A DNA stretch of 64,000 nt. Origin: Guillardia theta CCMP2712. Lineage: Eukaryota; Protista; Cryptophyta. Below the pieces are notes generated by a model. The model had not been told where the DNA came from, did no database searches, and worked only from the letters and a program-made list of their open reading frames with translations. The stretch is from positions 540,045 to 604,044 of the forward strand of contig NW_005434651.1 of assembly GCF_000315625.1 (NCBI RefSeq), in the 5' to 3' direction. Made by a program: the position numbers and the translations under genes. Shown in pieces: positions 1-16,243 of this stretch (its first letter is position 1; each line of letters begins with the position of its first letter).

Positions 1-3578
<3,578 letters not shown>

Positions 3579-3624
3579 TCATTGCAATGAATCACTCCCC
3601 AAGTTCGCCCTCCCTCTTCCGAAG

Positions 3625-3870
3625 TTGCCGGGGCGGCCCACACTGTGACAGGCTGGCCTGTACTAGTAGGTGAACACCGGGCAGCGTTTGGCGGTGCGAT
3701 CGGGCCGCGCCGGTTGCCTGCCGCGGCCCGGTCGCCCGGGCAGCCCGCCCCCGGCGGTACGATCCCTGCTCTGGCTGAGCGTAAAGGCCCGGCCGTTGAG
3801 GCAAAGTTCCGTCGGAACGGAGTCCCGCGGCCCAGCCCCGCCCCCGGCCGGCCCGGGCGGCCCGGCTCTG
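3625..3870. promoter_or_regulatory. CCGG/GGCC-rich GC island upstream of the NHL gene
   Basis: Dense CCGG, GCGGCC and CCCGGG words directly 5' of ATG 3949. Regulatory role inferred from position. Confidence 0.5.
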
Positions 3871-3948
3871 TTAACTGAGATGCAAACCTACCGCATGTAA
3901 CGATATTGTAACGGTCGCACATGCCTGGTGAGGGCAACCTGATCCAGA

Positions 3949-5196
3949 ATGCCGAGGAAGCGAAGCAGAGAGATGGAGGATGGCGAGGAGGAAAGAGGAG
4001 GAGGAGAGGGAGGATCAGGAGCACTGGGAGCTGCTCTTGGAGGAAACTCCTTCTTCTCTCTCAGTTTCGACGCCAAGGACAGCTCGACGGCTGCCTTCTC
4101 CTTCCTGCCCCCAGGCGTCTTCTCCGCCCTGGAGCCGGATAGTGAGCCGATCATGCCGAAGACAACGCAGTACCTGGAGCGACTTGAGGGGATGACAGCT
4201 CTCAAGGACGGAGGTCTGGTAGTGACTGAGGGTCAGAAGGTGAGCTTGATCGACAAGGAAGGTTGGATCACGTTGCTTGCTGGGTGCGAGGAGGACGGGC
4301 TAGAGGACGGGGTCGGGGATCAGGCGAGGTTCAACAGCCCTGTTGGGATAGTGGAGAGCAAGGAAGGTGACCTTTACCTCTGCGATCAGGAGAACCACTG
4401 CATCAGGAAGGTCACGCGGAAGGGAGAGGTGACGACGTTGGCTGGCAACGGAGAAGAAGGTTACCATGATGGCAAGGGCAAGGACGCGCGGCTGAACATT
4501 CCCACCGGCCTCTGCATGGATGCTCAAGGGAACATCATCTTTGCTGACTCCGGCAACCAGAGGATCAGGAAAGTGTCTCCTGATGGCACTGTGACGACGA
4601 TTGCTGGGTCGAAGAAAGGGTTCAAGGACGGCCCAGCGGGCAAAGCGCTCTTCAACTATCCGGCCTATGTCGCGGTGGACAGCAAGGGAAGCATCTTCGT
4701 GTCTGACTTTGGGAACCACTGCATCCGCAAGATCGACGGGGAAGGGATGGTGACGACTGTAGCTGGGAACGGGAAGATGGGATGGGCGGATGGGAAGGGA
4801 GCCAAGGCTCGGTTCAACAGCCCGCAGGGAATGTGTATCGACAAGGAGGACACGGTCTACATTGCAGACTACGGGAACCAGAGGATTAGGAAGATGAGCA
4901 AGGAGGGAGAGGTGGTGACTGTGGCTGGGAGCGGAGAGCCAGGCTTCGCCCATGGCCATGGGCAGCTCGCTCGGTTCAGGGGCCCGAGGAGCGTGTCAGT
5001 AAGTCAGGACGGGATCGTCTACGTCGGAGACCGTGAGAACTTCCGTGTGCGCAAGATCTCTGAGGATGGATACGTGTGGACGTTCGCTGGGATGGGGAAG
5101 CTGGGAGGATGCGGCGACGATGCGTGCGAGGATGAATTTTGTGGCCCCACCAGGAGGCTGTCGAGCCGCCGAGTCATGGAGGGAGAGGAGTTTTAG
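3949..5196 (+). CDS. NHL-repeat (beta-propeller) protein, apparently intronless
   Basis: About six repeats of TTxAG-G..G..DG.G..ARFN.P.G+.+D..G.+++.D.GN..IRK+. Confidence 0.9.
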   Translation: MPRKRSREMEDGEEERGGGEGGSGALGAALGGNSFFSLSFDAKDSSTAAFSFLPPGVFSALEPDSEPIMPKTTQYLERLEGMTALKDGGLVVTEGQKVSLIDKEGWITLLAGCEEDGLEDGVGDQARFNSPVGIVESKEGDLYLCDQENHCIRKVTRKGEVTTLAGNGEEGYHDGKGKDARLNIPTGLCMDAQGNIIFADSGNQRIRKVSPDGTVTTIAGSKKGFKDGPAGKALFNYPAYVAVDSKGSIFVSDFGNHCIRKIDGEGMVTTVAGNGKMGWADGKGAKARFNSPQGMCIDKEDTVYIADYGNQRIRKMSKEGEVVTVAGSGEPGFAHGHGQLARFRGPRSVSVSQDGIVYVGDRENFRVRKISEDGYVWTFAGMGKLGGCGDDACEDEFCGPTRRLSSRRVMEGEEF

Positions 5197-5207
5197 ATGA
5201 GATGGGA

Positions 5208-5313
5208 GAGATGGAGGGAGAGGAGATGGAGGGAGAGGAGATGGAGGGAGAGGAGATGGAGGGAGAGGAGATGGAGGGAGAGGAGATGGAGGGAGAGGAG
5301 ATGGAGGGAGAGG
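5208..5313 (+). repeat. 15-bp tandem repeat GAGATGGAGGGAGAG (encodes EMEGE)
   Basis: About 7 consecutive units. Confidence 0.9.
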
Positions 5314-5514
5314 AGGACGAGATGGAGGAGGTCGGGGATGAGGATGTTGAGGATGAGGTAGTGGACGATGAAAGCGACGACGCTGACGAGCAGCAGGCGT
5401 TATCCTCGTGAAACAGCCTTCTGGACCTTCTTCTGTCTTCCTAGGATGCGCCCCATGGTCTAATTTTGAGATTCGCTCGCACCATTCCCCAACATTCTAA
5501 AGGTTTGAATATTT

Positions 5515-5826
5515 ACAAGTTCCAAAAGCTCAACCTCGACCGCGTCTCGCCCGATCCTCCAGCTGCAGCTGCAGCTGGAGCTCCTGCTATTCCCTGCCGT
5601 GTCATTGATACTGTCATGCTCCACTGCTCCTGGTCGCTAGAATCCCCCAGAGTTGTCGAGTATCGTCTCCATCTCGTTCCCCTCCCCTCCCCTCCGTCCT
5701 TCCTCCTCTCCTAGGCTACCAAAGAATCGAGGACCCCAAAGTTTGACCTCCCGCTCGCTCCCTGCCATGCTACTTTCACTTTTGGAACGCTCAATGATGG
5801 TGATAGAGATATGATGGGGATGGTAA

Positions 5827-5908
<82 letters not shown>

Positions 5909-5960
5909 GATGATGATGATGATGGTGGTGGTGGTGATGGTGATGATGATGATGATGATC

Positions 5961-6052
<92 letters not shown>

Positions 6053-7818
6053 GATCTTGTTGAGTATGATAATCAAGTGAAGGAGCATGCTTCACCTGAC
6101 CACAGAGCTCGCTTGTCTGCATCCCACAGCAGGACGGCAACTCGATCCTCATGGGCTGAGAGGACTTGNNNNNNNNNNNNNNNNNNNNNNNNNNNNNNNN
6201 NNNNNNNNNNNNNNNNNNNNNNNNNNNNNNNNNNNNNNNNNNNNNNNNNNNNNNNNNNNNNNNNNNNNGGGTTGGTGGTGGTGTGGAGGAGGAGGACTCC
6301 GGGCATCCCCTACCCTCTGCTCGTCAGGGTGCATGGCAGTGCGCACGATCGGCGAGTGGTTTGGAGTTCGCAGCTCCTGCAGCGTCTCCACCTTGAGCTT
6401 TCATGCTGTCAGCAGCGGCATTTCCCTCCTCCTCGCACCACCTGCCCGAGTCCAGCTGGACGCGTCGGCTTGACAAGCTTGAGGACTCCATCCTTCAGCA
6501 TCCCATCAGGACCAGGAGGATGCAGGAGACAAGTGGACCTGCCCCGCGCTCACGATCGTCCTCGTCCTCCCCCTCCAGTGCTGCAACATGTCTCAGCTCG
6601 GCTACCAGCTCGGCAGACCCCAGCAGGTACCAGGGAGGAGACTCTCTTGGTGTGGTACTGGCTGCTGTGGAGGAGTTTGAGCTCTGCAGCTGTCGAACTG
6701 CTCTCGATGTGCTGGATATTCTGCTCGAGGACCCAAAGGCTTCCCTTGGCATCCCCCAGCACGAACATGCCGTCCCCAGATACTGGAACCTCCTTGTTAG
6801 CAAGGAACCTTGAATTCCTCCTCCTCCTCCTCCTCTCGCAGGAAGTAGGTGGAGGGGAGGGGTCGAAGACTTGGAATCAAGTGGATATTGAGTAGCAGCT
6901 ATGGTAATGTTGGCTATGCTGGTGATGGAGGGGAGGAGGAAGAAGTAAGGAGAGGGAGAGGAGGAGGAAGAATTATGGAGGGGGAGAAGAAGGGAGAAAC
7001 ACATGGGTAGGGGAAAGACTCACTGGCTATGGAGGAGAAGCTGCCGTCCAACTCGCTCCCCAGGTTAATATCTCGCTGCATGTACTTGCCATCAAGCTCC
7101 TCGTGCCAGATCGTCATCTCCCCCTTGCTGTTCCGCGATGCTCCTCGGAGGAAGGAGCCGAGTTTGCCCACCATGCTGCTGCTCTCCAGCGTGCAGTAGA
7201 TCGAGTCCTTGTGAAGTGCCATGGAAGTCAAACCGAAGCCTTGCCGGGTCTAGTGCAGAAAATCAGGAGGAGAAGGAGCAAGGGGGGAGGGATCAGAGAG
7301 AGTGGTAGCACGAGGCGGAGGAGAGGGAGGGAAAAAGGGAATAACAGGAAGAAGAGGACAAGGATTGTAGGAGGGGGAGGAGAAAGAGAGAAAGGAGGAA
7401 GGTGTGTGTGATGAAGAACGGGGTCAGGGATGGGGGTAGGGAGGAGTCGGAGGAGCTTGTGGTGGTAAAGGAGGAGGAGGGTCGGGCATGTCTTCACACC
7501 GTCAAAGTGATGGCAACGGCTGGAGTCTCGAGCTCAACTTTCTCGATCTCTAGGGCACTTTTGACCTCCTAAGAGGAAGCAAGGATGAGGGCGGGGAGGA
7601 CGGCAAGAGGGACAGGCGCACTTGCATGGCTTCAGTGATGATGGTTGACTTGCCGACCTCTTTGACCTTCTCTCGCGTCAACATCGGAGGTTTCGATGAT
7701 GATGACGATCACCTTCCTTCCTATCACAGACTTGAGGGAGCTTGCCTTGGATGAGAGGGAGGAAAAGCCGGTCGACTGCAGAGGTTAGCATTATTGATGA
7801 CTAAGATGCACCAGGTAG

Positions 7819-7853
<35 letters not shown>

Positions 7854-8823
7854 TCCAACATGAACATGAACTTGGGCTCACCGCCTTCTCCTTCGCCAAG
7901 TCTGCAATTTTGTCTGCTTCCTTGTCGAACATGAATGCTGCCTTCATAAGACCTGATCGGCCAATGTAAACAAAAGCATCACCTCGACGTCGTTCACCTC
8001 TGTCCACCTTCTGCCCTACACTCGCCGCCTTCCTGACGAAGGTAGAAGTGAATCTTGACGCTCTCTCCGACACGTCTGCTCTCTTTGGGTTCCCGGGATC
8101 ATGCTTCATACATGGATCCTGTCTTATCTCCATGTCCTCCTCGCCATTGCGCGCGTTGGTGACGGGCTGACCCGCCGATCTTTCCTCGACCTCCTCGATC
8201 TCCTGCTGCTGCATGGCTTGAGCGATCTCCTCGTCCGTCTCTTCCTGTGTGCTGCGGGTCAAGACTTTTCAGACGCCAATGCGACTTTGACCTGTTTCTG
8301 TAAGCCAGTCAGTGGGTGGCAACAAACTCCAGAGATCTTACGCATTTCTGAAGGAGAAGCAGGAGAGCAATGCATTAGAAGCAAAGAAACAACTCAGTAC
8401 GACTCAACAGCGCTAGTGGTAGAAATATCTCTTACATCCTATCCAGGCGTTGACGGTCGCGAGAAAATGGCGATGAAGAATCGAGGAGCAAGATCAGCGT
8501 CAAGTCAATCAGCACAGATCTTGTTCACTCACACATTTGGTGTCCGGAGGAGCACCGGACTCTATCAGCGCCTGCAGGAGAGGAGAGCAGCAAGACAGGT
8601 CAGATCCCAAGCTTTCGCTCGCATTCCTCATTCCCCAACGCTTCCTGCTTATCATCACTCCCGTTCCCTCCTTGCTGCTCCTCCTTGCTGCTTGCCTTGC
8701 TCTACCAACTATCAGGCCGCAATGATCCTTCTTCGGATCCTCTCCTCTCCTCCTGCTCCCTGCTCCCTGCTCCATCACTCCCTCGTCTCCCCCACAAACC
8801 TGACATTCGTCGCAAGACGCCAT
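5515..8823 (-). CDS. Multi-exon WD40-repeat protein; ends uncertain
   Basis: Spliced exons give VLSAHEDRVAVLLWDADKRALWS|GSEREVKLW, MFVLGDAKGSLWVLE...HTKRVSSL and SMALHKDSIYC...GEMTIW. The N-terminal part has DEEIAQAMQQQE. Candidate start MASCDECQ|gt at 8823. A gap lies inside. Confidence 0.65.
5827..6053 (+). repeat. Compound (TTG)n-(ATG)n-(TTG)n microsatellite in a WD40 gene intron
   Basis: Directly visible. Confidence 0.95.
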
Positions 8824-9037
8824 GGCGAGGCGGGATGAATTCGATTTCACGAAGTCTGAGAGAACCCAGCAGGCGAGTTCGGGCCCGGACCGGCCGGGCA
8901 CAGGCTGAGTTTCCGGTCCGGGCCGAGTGGCAAGATCCCGGCGATGACCGGCCGGGCCGGGCCGGGAGGAGACACTGAGAGGAGAGTTCAGAGTCGAGTA
9001 GCACCGGATTCAGGAGCGGACTTGCAGTAGCGCCGTG

Positions 9038-12000
9038 TCAAACTTTAATATAGAACACTCGAGCCAGCAGAGATCGCGCTTCTCTTTCCAGCCACTCCTG
9101 GGTCGACTTCTTAACCACCGGCATCCCCTTGCTCGCCACGAAGGCTCCACCTGCTCAACAAGGCATTCAGCCGCCCCGGACCTCACTGACAGCACGTCAA
9201 GCCATGCCTGTGGCAGTGGCCCGGCATGCACTGATCATTATGGCCATGCTCCGGGACAGTCGGCGCCTCCGCAGGAGCCTCGAGAGGTTCACGCCGAAGG
9301 CTGCGCTGTACGCGTTGCCTGCTCCTGTAGGATCGACCACAGGCACCTGGAGCGCCGGCACCACCAGGATCCTTCCTGGATCTCGGGAGTCCCACACGTA
9401 GGAGCCCTTGGAGCCCTTCCTCACCGCCAGCACTCCGTGCTTCATCCCCAGCAACTTCGCGCACCTGCTGGGCGTCAGCAGGAGGAGGGCGCGTCTCAGC
9501 GCGAGCTGACCGAGGGAGCACACTCTGCGGCGTCTCGTCCAGGGAGTATCGCTCGTCTGTGATGTTGGTGCTGCCCTCTTCAGACACCAAAATCGTCAAC
9601 CAACAAGAAAAATGCTGCCCCCCCCTGCTCCTACCCCAACCAGATAGCCCACTTGACTGAGGCCCCTTGCCCCTCCTGCCCCCCCGCCTGCCCCTGGCCC
9701 ATCCGCTCTTGCACCTTTCCCCAACACCCCCACCCCCACCTCCACGTCTTCCCCCTCCCCCAGCTCTCCTTCTCCTTGCGGCTGACCTATAGGAGTAATG
9801 TAGCCTCGCATGTTCCGCACAGATTTGATCGAGGTCTCCAGTGACCTGTCAGGCTGCTCAGGGCCCAGCTGGAGGTGTCTGGGGGATGGCAACCGGCTGA
9901 CGCGGAGCAGCTCAGGCGGTCGACTCCAGACAGTCTCGTCGGTGATCGTGTTCCAGTAGTAGACCTTGCCTGTTCGGTCGTCCACTACCGCCTTCCAAAC
10001 GGTCTGCGCCCGAACTGCGCGAGTAAACAAGTCACAAACTTGTCATCCTGCTCAGCAGAACAAGAGCAGACCTTTGCCAGCGATCGAGTCCACGACCTGA
10101 ATGAGGAGGAGTTAGAGAAGATGAGTCGAGATGGGACAAGGAGCAAGAGTAAACCTCCTCCCACGGAACGCGATCGCTGGGCTCGTCTCGCCATGGAACT
10201 CCGCAAGTGCAGCATCTTGGGGTTCAGAGCGTCAAGGAGGCACGTGCTGGCATCAAAGAGAGCAGAAGTCGTACAATCGCATCAGCTGCTTGATCTTCTG
10301 GACAGGTTTTGACTTGTGCAGGAAGAACTCGTCAGAGTTCTCGGCATCTTCCTGCCTTGACACGACTCGAATCTTCCTCTGTTGATCGTCGTAGATGATC
10401 TCTGAAACATTGCAAACAGCGTTCTTGCCGCTCTGCATCAACATCCTCCCCCTCACAACGGAGAATGTCCTCCTGAGGTCCAACGTCACTCCCCGGAAGG
10501 AACAACAACATGTGGGCACCTTTCATGCTTAAGGTCCAAGATCGTCACGTCTTTGAGCAGCCGATCCACCGTGATGTTCGAGTTGGGAAGCCATTGTGAC
10601 GTGTAAGCAGAATACTCCTGCAAGAACCCGACCAACGGGTGTCAGGTATGTTAGAATGTTAGAACGCATGAATCCCCGCACCCTCCAAACTCCATCGACA
10701 CACTCCTCGGGCGAAACCGCTTCGCTGTCTAGAAACCTTCGATACAACCAAGTAAGTCCGCACTCCCTCGTTCAACGTCCCTTCCAGGTCTCTTCCTCAC
10801 ATGCATGCGGTGGTAGATCCGACTGTCGGCCCGATATACCACCTTCCAGCCCCGGATTCTCCGGGCAAGAAGTACATGAAGTATTTGCCATCCTGCCATG
10901 GAGGCTTCAGAAAAACAACACACAACACAAGGTCCTTGAAGTCTCCTCTCCCTTACTTGAAGTTTGTAGACATTCCTGAAGTTCGATTGGGTTTCATAGA
11001 TCTCGTACCTTCGCGCTGGGTCAAATAGCTCAGCGCTCATGTAAGTTTACCTCCCCATCAGTTTCGGATGCAAGGCGCTCCCCGAGACCCTCAGCATCGT
11101 CCCCTGGATCAGCCTCGAGATCTTCAGCGCCGTATCCCAGTCAGGACAGATGAAGTCGGCCTTCGCCGTGTGCTTCCGCAGAGTCTCCAGCGTAGCGATG
11201 GTGACGTCATGGATCACAGGTTCCACACTAAGGAAAGGAGCCCTGCCCCCCCCCCTCCTCCTCCCCTCTGATTGTTCAGTACTTCCACCCTGCCTCGCAT
11301 TCGAGATAATCTTCTCGCTCAGCAGCGTCTCGGAAGCCCCGCAACCCTCAGTGATCATATGAACCACCTTGGGCTCAGTGTAGGAGGGAGGGATAGGTAT
11401 CTCCTGCCTCACGAAACTTGGCCAGCTCTCCCACCCATCCCCAGGCGTCCACACCATCCTCTCGGACTCGTATCGGATCTGATTCCTCGGAGTCACGAAC
11501 CCGTTCAGTCTAGAAATCCCCTGCGTGTCAACGTCGGACAGTTCAAGGCTGCTCATGAAGATCTCCTCTGAGAACTCCTGGCCTACTGGCGCAATTAGCC
11601 CCGTCCCCTCGTTCCACAGACGGGCCCCGATCGCTGCCTGCGGTCCCCCTCCTCCCAGAGCCACGCGCATCAGCTTTCCCTCTGGCTGCTTCCTCAGGAC
11701 GAACTCATCTATGATGACTTTCCCCACGATGACCGCGTTCACTGCCTCCGACTGAGTCAGCGTTGCGTTCTTGACACGTCTCCTGCCTTCATTCAGGGTC
11801 CTGGTGGTGTCCAAACTTTCGTTGAGCATGGCGCTTGTGTTCTGTATCCTCATGAGCATCATCCTCGCCTCCTCTATGCTCCCTCCTTGGTCTTCACCGT
11901 TTGACTCAGACCGGCAGCTTTGCAATATTGTAGACGCGTTTGAGTTCTTGTCGCTGGGCCTTTCGTTCGCCTCATTCGGATCTTTGTCCTGCATGCACAA

Positions 12001-12246
12001 TGGAAGAACAGACTGTCTCCTCCCCTGCAGGCTGATCTTCGCTGTTTGAAACCGAACCCTGCAGCCCCTGCTCTCCGCTCTCTTTCCTCTCAGCACAACA
12101 TGTCCGGGGAAGGCAAAAGCCGCGCACCCCCTTGCCACCGTCACCGGAGTGTGCTGCGGAGCATCGGCTCTGTGAACATGGGCAAGGCTCCCCAGAGCGA
12201 TCGGAAGGAGGAAGAGGAGGAGGCAGAAGAGTGATTGCGATTCCAT
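9038..12246 (-). CDS. PfkB/ribokinase-family (MAK32-like) kinase with signal plus transit-like presequence and an internal insertion containing a WW domain
   Basis: N-terminal MESQSLFCLLLFLLPIALGSLA...CAAFAF. PfkB N-half IVGKVIIDEF, LGGGGPQAAIGARLW, DFICPDWDTA. C-half LAVRKGSKGS...VVDPTGAGNAYSAAF. WW domain WKAVVDDRTGKVYYWNTITDETVWSRP at ~9915-10000. Confidence 0.8.
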
Positions 12247-12861
12247 CTTCCCTGCCCTCCTCACTGGACCTTGCACAGCCGCTCGTTCGCTTGAAACCGC
12301 ACCTTGTGTTACTCCCCAGTGTTCACCATGACCAACATCCCTTTTCCTTCCACCATCACATCCTCCTTCGCTATCCTCTTCTCCTCTCCTCTCCTCTCCT
12401 CTCCACTCCTCTCCTCCCGCTCGTCCTGCTGCACTGCAAACTCGTCTACTAGGTGAGGTGCCCGACTACCCACCACCATGACCCCCATCTATGATCAGAC
12501 CACCCTTGTTTTCACCCCAAATCACCCCGTGATTGGTACATAGTTGAATCAACCCTACCCCCCATTTTCTAGACATTATTGTAGCGACCCGCCGTACTCC
12601 CCGTCCAAGGATCCAAGCATGCCATGCTTGAAGCAACATGTTGTCGTCGCATGTGCCATCATCGCCATGTCGTGCTCGCTATCGCAGCAGCTCACACTCA
12701 GTGATAACTGAATCATCTCCACCTGTGTGGTTGGCAAGGGCACAGTCACAGGAAGACAGCACAAATCAAATGCGACAGCAATCAGTGATAACAGACGTCA
12801 GAAGCAGCAGTTCATCTGTATGATCTCTCGAAATGGGATGCCATGACGTGCTCTTGGCAAG

Positions 12862-15800
12862 ATGACTTCATATCGATACACGAGGGGCCAACACAGATTT
12901 AGCCGTCAAGACAGCAATGCTTCTAGCTCTTACTTCTTCTGTCATGCTTCTTGCCCTTCAGGTCAAGTGCGACTCCATGATCAACGTTATGGCAGAGCGG
13001 ACGCAGCTGTCAACTCCAGCAGGGCTGACCAAACTGTCCTGTACGTCTTGTTCCAGGGAGGATTGCAACTTCACAAGGATGTCCTGCCGGAATTCCACCT
13101 ATGGAGAATATTTCCCGTCCATGAATCACTTTCCGTTGAGCATTGAGCGACTTTGCCATGCAGGGTTCTATTGGTGCCCAAGTTCTGCTTATTTCGGTAG
13201 GAAGGACCAAGGTGTGGGTAGAGATGTTTCTGACTTGTCTGCTAGACAGGACAGTCTGTGCCTTCTGTGGGATCGCGTTGCATTCTTGGTCCCACACAGA
13301 CGACCCGATCGTCGGTAATCTTCGAATTTTGACAAGAAGGAGGTCCGTGTAACGATGCTCTGCACAGAGCATCTGCGGTACAACACGGCATGCAAGCTCA
13401 TGGAATCTTACAACCACAAGGTAGCAGGAATGTCACGATCAGTGGTCTGAGTCGTCCATAGATTGATACATTGATGTCGACCATCCTCGACGGATTTCCG
13501 TCTAATCTCATCCGTCCTACAGTGTTGCGGTGATATGCTGCAAGGCGATGACACCAGCCTGACGAGGCTCTGCAGCGGGGCGAAGGCGAACTGTGTCTCC
13601 TTGGACGATGACGAGAAGCAGGAGAGTCTACACCAAAAGATCAGGAACGCCCCTTTCCTCAGTGCCCTTCACGCATTTTACGGGTGACGAGACGAGACGC
13701 GAGGAGAGGAGCTGACGAGGGTCTGACGAGGAGCGCAGGAGCGGAAGCTTTGTGAACGCGAATGAGATCAGGATTCCCTCCTATCAGATTCTCCACGTCC
13801 AGAGAAAGATGGAGGACCAGTCTCGACCTTGTCCGATCATCCGAGGATACTGGTGGTCGCAGCCGGGAAGCGGAGGATCGTTCAGGTGTACAGGCTAACA
13901 GTCTTGGTGCTGCCGGGACCTGTTGTGGTTGTTCTCAGTTGATTGTTATGGACGGATGTATGATTGTAGTTGGATCTTGATGATGATTGTATGATTGTGC
14001 TGTTGATTCCGATGGCCAAGAAAGTCTGATGCTGAATGGAGTTTGATGAAGGATAGCTTACAACGTGTTGCAGAGGGCTGAAGCTCTGCAACCTGTTTCC
14101 TTCTCAATGTTACAAGTTCAAGGTCATTGGCAGTCGAGGGGCTGAGAGATGCCTGACAAGATGAGGCAGAAAGCCAAGGACAGCGCGATGAAGGCGACGG
14201 TTAGTGTGTGGGGGCATCCATGGATGTTTCAAGACTGTTCGATCTTGTCTGCCGGTGAGAAGCGCGCTGGGGGGAGAGCAAGAATGATCTGGGGAGATAT
14301 CATTTCGAATCTCTCCGGTTGATCGATTAAGAGGAAGGAAGACGCTGGAGAGGGAGTGAGGAGGCGGAGGTTGTGATAGTATGAGCAGGGGAAATCGCGA
14401 TGATATGCTCACACGGTGGAGGGGCTCACATCAGGAAGTGCAAAGTGGGAGGGATAGGAGGAGGCGAGTATGGTGAGGATGCGACGAGCTGCTGGTCCTC
14501 AAGTGAAGTGACTTGCATGTCAGAAAAAGCCTCAACTGGCCTCTACTTGATGCAGGTAGGCCGACATGTGAATTTCATACCCTATTCTTTCCTCTCATCT
14601 GTTTTTTCCTCTTCTCCCGCCTCCGCCACGTTTCTTCACTTTCTCCACTATCTTCTCCATCCTCTGTTCTATTCTCTGTTGTCTCTGCTTTCCCCTCCTC
14701 GCTGGCCTGTTCATCTTACATGAGATCGCAGGACTCACAAGTCTTGTCATGGAAGACAAACTTCACTCACTGCACTCTCTTCGCACTCAGAATCCTTCAC
14801 AGGGGGAGGATCTACTGTGACACGTGATATCCCCTTGCCCTTCCCTCTCCTCTCCCTCTTATGCGCTCCTGACCCTCCCTTGCTGTTTCTTGATCCCAAG
14901 CCTTCCCTTGCTCTGTCTTGATCCTGTTTGCCAATCTTCTCCTCTTCCTCCCCTTGTGCTTCATCCTGATTCCGCGCAGCTGCTCTATCAGGTGGACTGA
15001 GAGGGGCATCGGGATTGAAGATGCAGCCCTCGTTACCCTCCGCTCCTGCGAGCTGCGACAGAATTCCGAGTAACTCTCCTCCTCCTCCTCCTCCTCCTCC
15101 TCCACCACCACCACCATCTTTGACCCCCCCCCCCTGCCCCTCCTCCTCCTCGTCTTTCACACTTCCTTGTCCGTTGCATACAATCCAAGTTTTGTTTGTC
15201 CACCTGTTCCTTTCCCTTTTCTTGTGAAGTTTTCTCGTGACTGCTATTCCTTCAGCTCCGTCTTCCAGGCAGTCTCTGGCGCTGCTCAGGCAAAGCTCCA
15301 CATGATCGGTTTTTTCTTTCCTCCTCCTCCTCCTCTCCCGAAGCTGAAGCTTGTCAAGGTTGCGTCATCCTTCATGCAAGTGACATCTGGTTCGGAAGAG
15401 TCCGTCCAGNNNNNNNNNNNNNNNNNNNNNNNNNNNNNNNNNNNNNNNNNNNNNNNNNNNNNNNNNNNNNNNNNNNNNNNNNNNNNNNNNNNNNNNNNNN
15501 NNNNNNNNNNNNNNNNNNNNNNNNNNNNNNNNNNNNNNNNNNNNNNNNNNNNNNNNNNNNNNNNNNNNNNNNNNNNNNNNNNNNNNNNNNNNNNNNNNNN
15601 NNNNNNNNNNNNNNNNNNNNNNNNNNNNNNNNNNNNNNNNNNNNNNNNNNNNNNNNNNNNNNNNNNNNNNNNNNNNNNNNNNNNNNNNNNNNNNNNNNNN
15701 NNNNNNNNNNNNNNNNNNNNNNNNNNNNNNNNNNNNNNNNNNNNNNNNNNNNNNNNNNNNNNNNNNNNNNNNNNNNNNNNNNNNNNNNNNNNNNNNNNNN

Positions 15801-16243
15801 NNNNNNNNNNNNNNNNNNNNNNNNNNNNNNNNNNNNNNNNNNNNNNNNNNNNNNNNNNNNTTAACATTCGACCCCCTTGTAGCTACAGCGAAAATCAGAA
15901 ATTGAAGCGACCGAGGGTGGGATCGCCCTTCATACCTGGAAAAGACATTCCAATCGTAACCGACGAGGTGAGAAGAAGACTTGGGGAGGGAGCGGGGAAA
16001 GGAGGAGAAGGAGAGGGAGAGGGAGAGGAAGAGCAGGGGGGAGACGCAAAGGAGCAGTAGTGTTGTTATGAATGTTGATGATGATGATGACGACGACGAC
16101 GGCGATGATACTGCTGTTGTTGTGGATGATGACGATGATGATGAATTCAGTTTGATCGCTTCATTCTTTCACATTCTTTGCAGGAGCGAGAGTGGGCAAT
16201 GAGAAGACCGAGTGACATGGCTAAGGGGGAGATGATGAAGTGA
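12862..16243 (+). CDS. BIR (IAP/survivin-type Zn) domain fused to a probable right-handed beta-helix region, multi-exon, contains a gap
   Basis: FTRMSCRNSTY..YFP...LSIERLCHAGFYW..|DRTVCAFCGIALHSWSHTDDPI|.EHLRYNTAC gives CxxC..H..C. Downstream in-phase exons: IIRGYWWSQPGSGGSFR, VWGHPWMFQDCSI, AHIRKCKVGG, GIGIEDAALVTLRSCELRQN. Last exon ends MAKGEMMK*. Confidence 0.7.

Noticed and set aside
5711-6088. Poly-Asn/poly-Leu and similar homopolymer ORFs (also poly-His, poly-Met, ER and SHHIT repeats elsewhere)
   Set aside because: Translations of intronic microsatellites.
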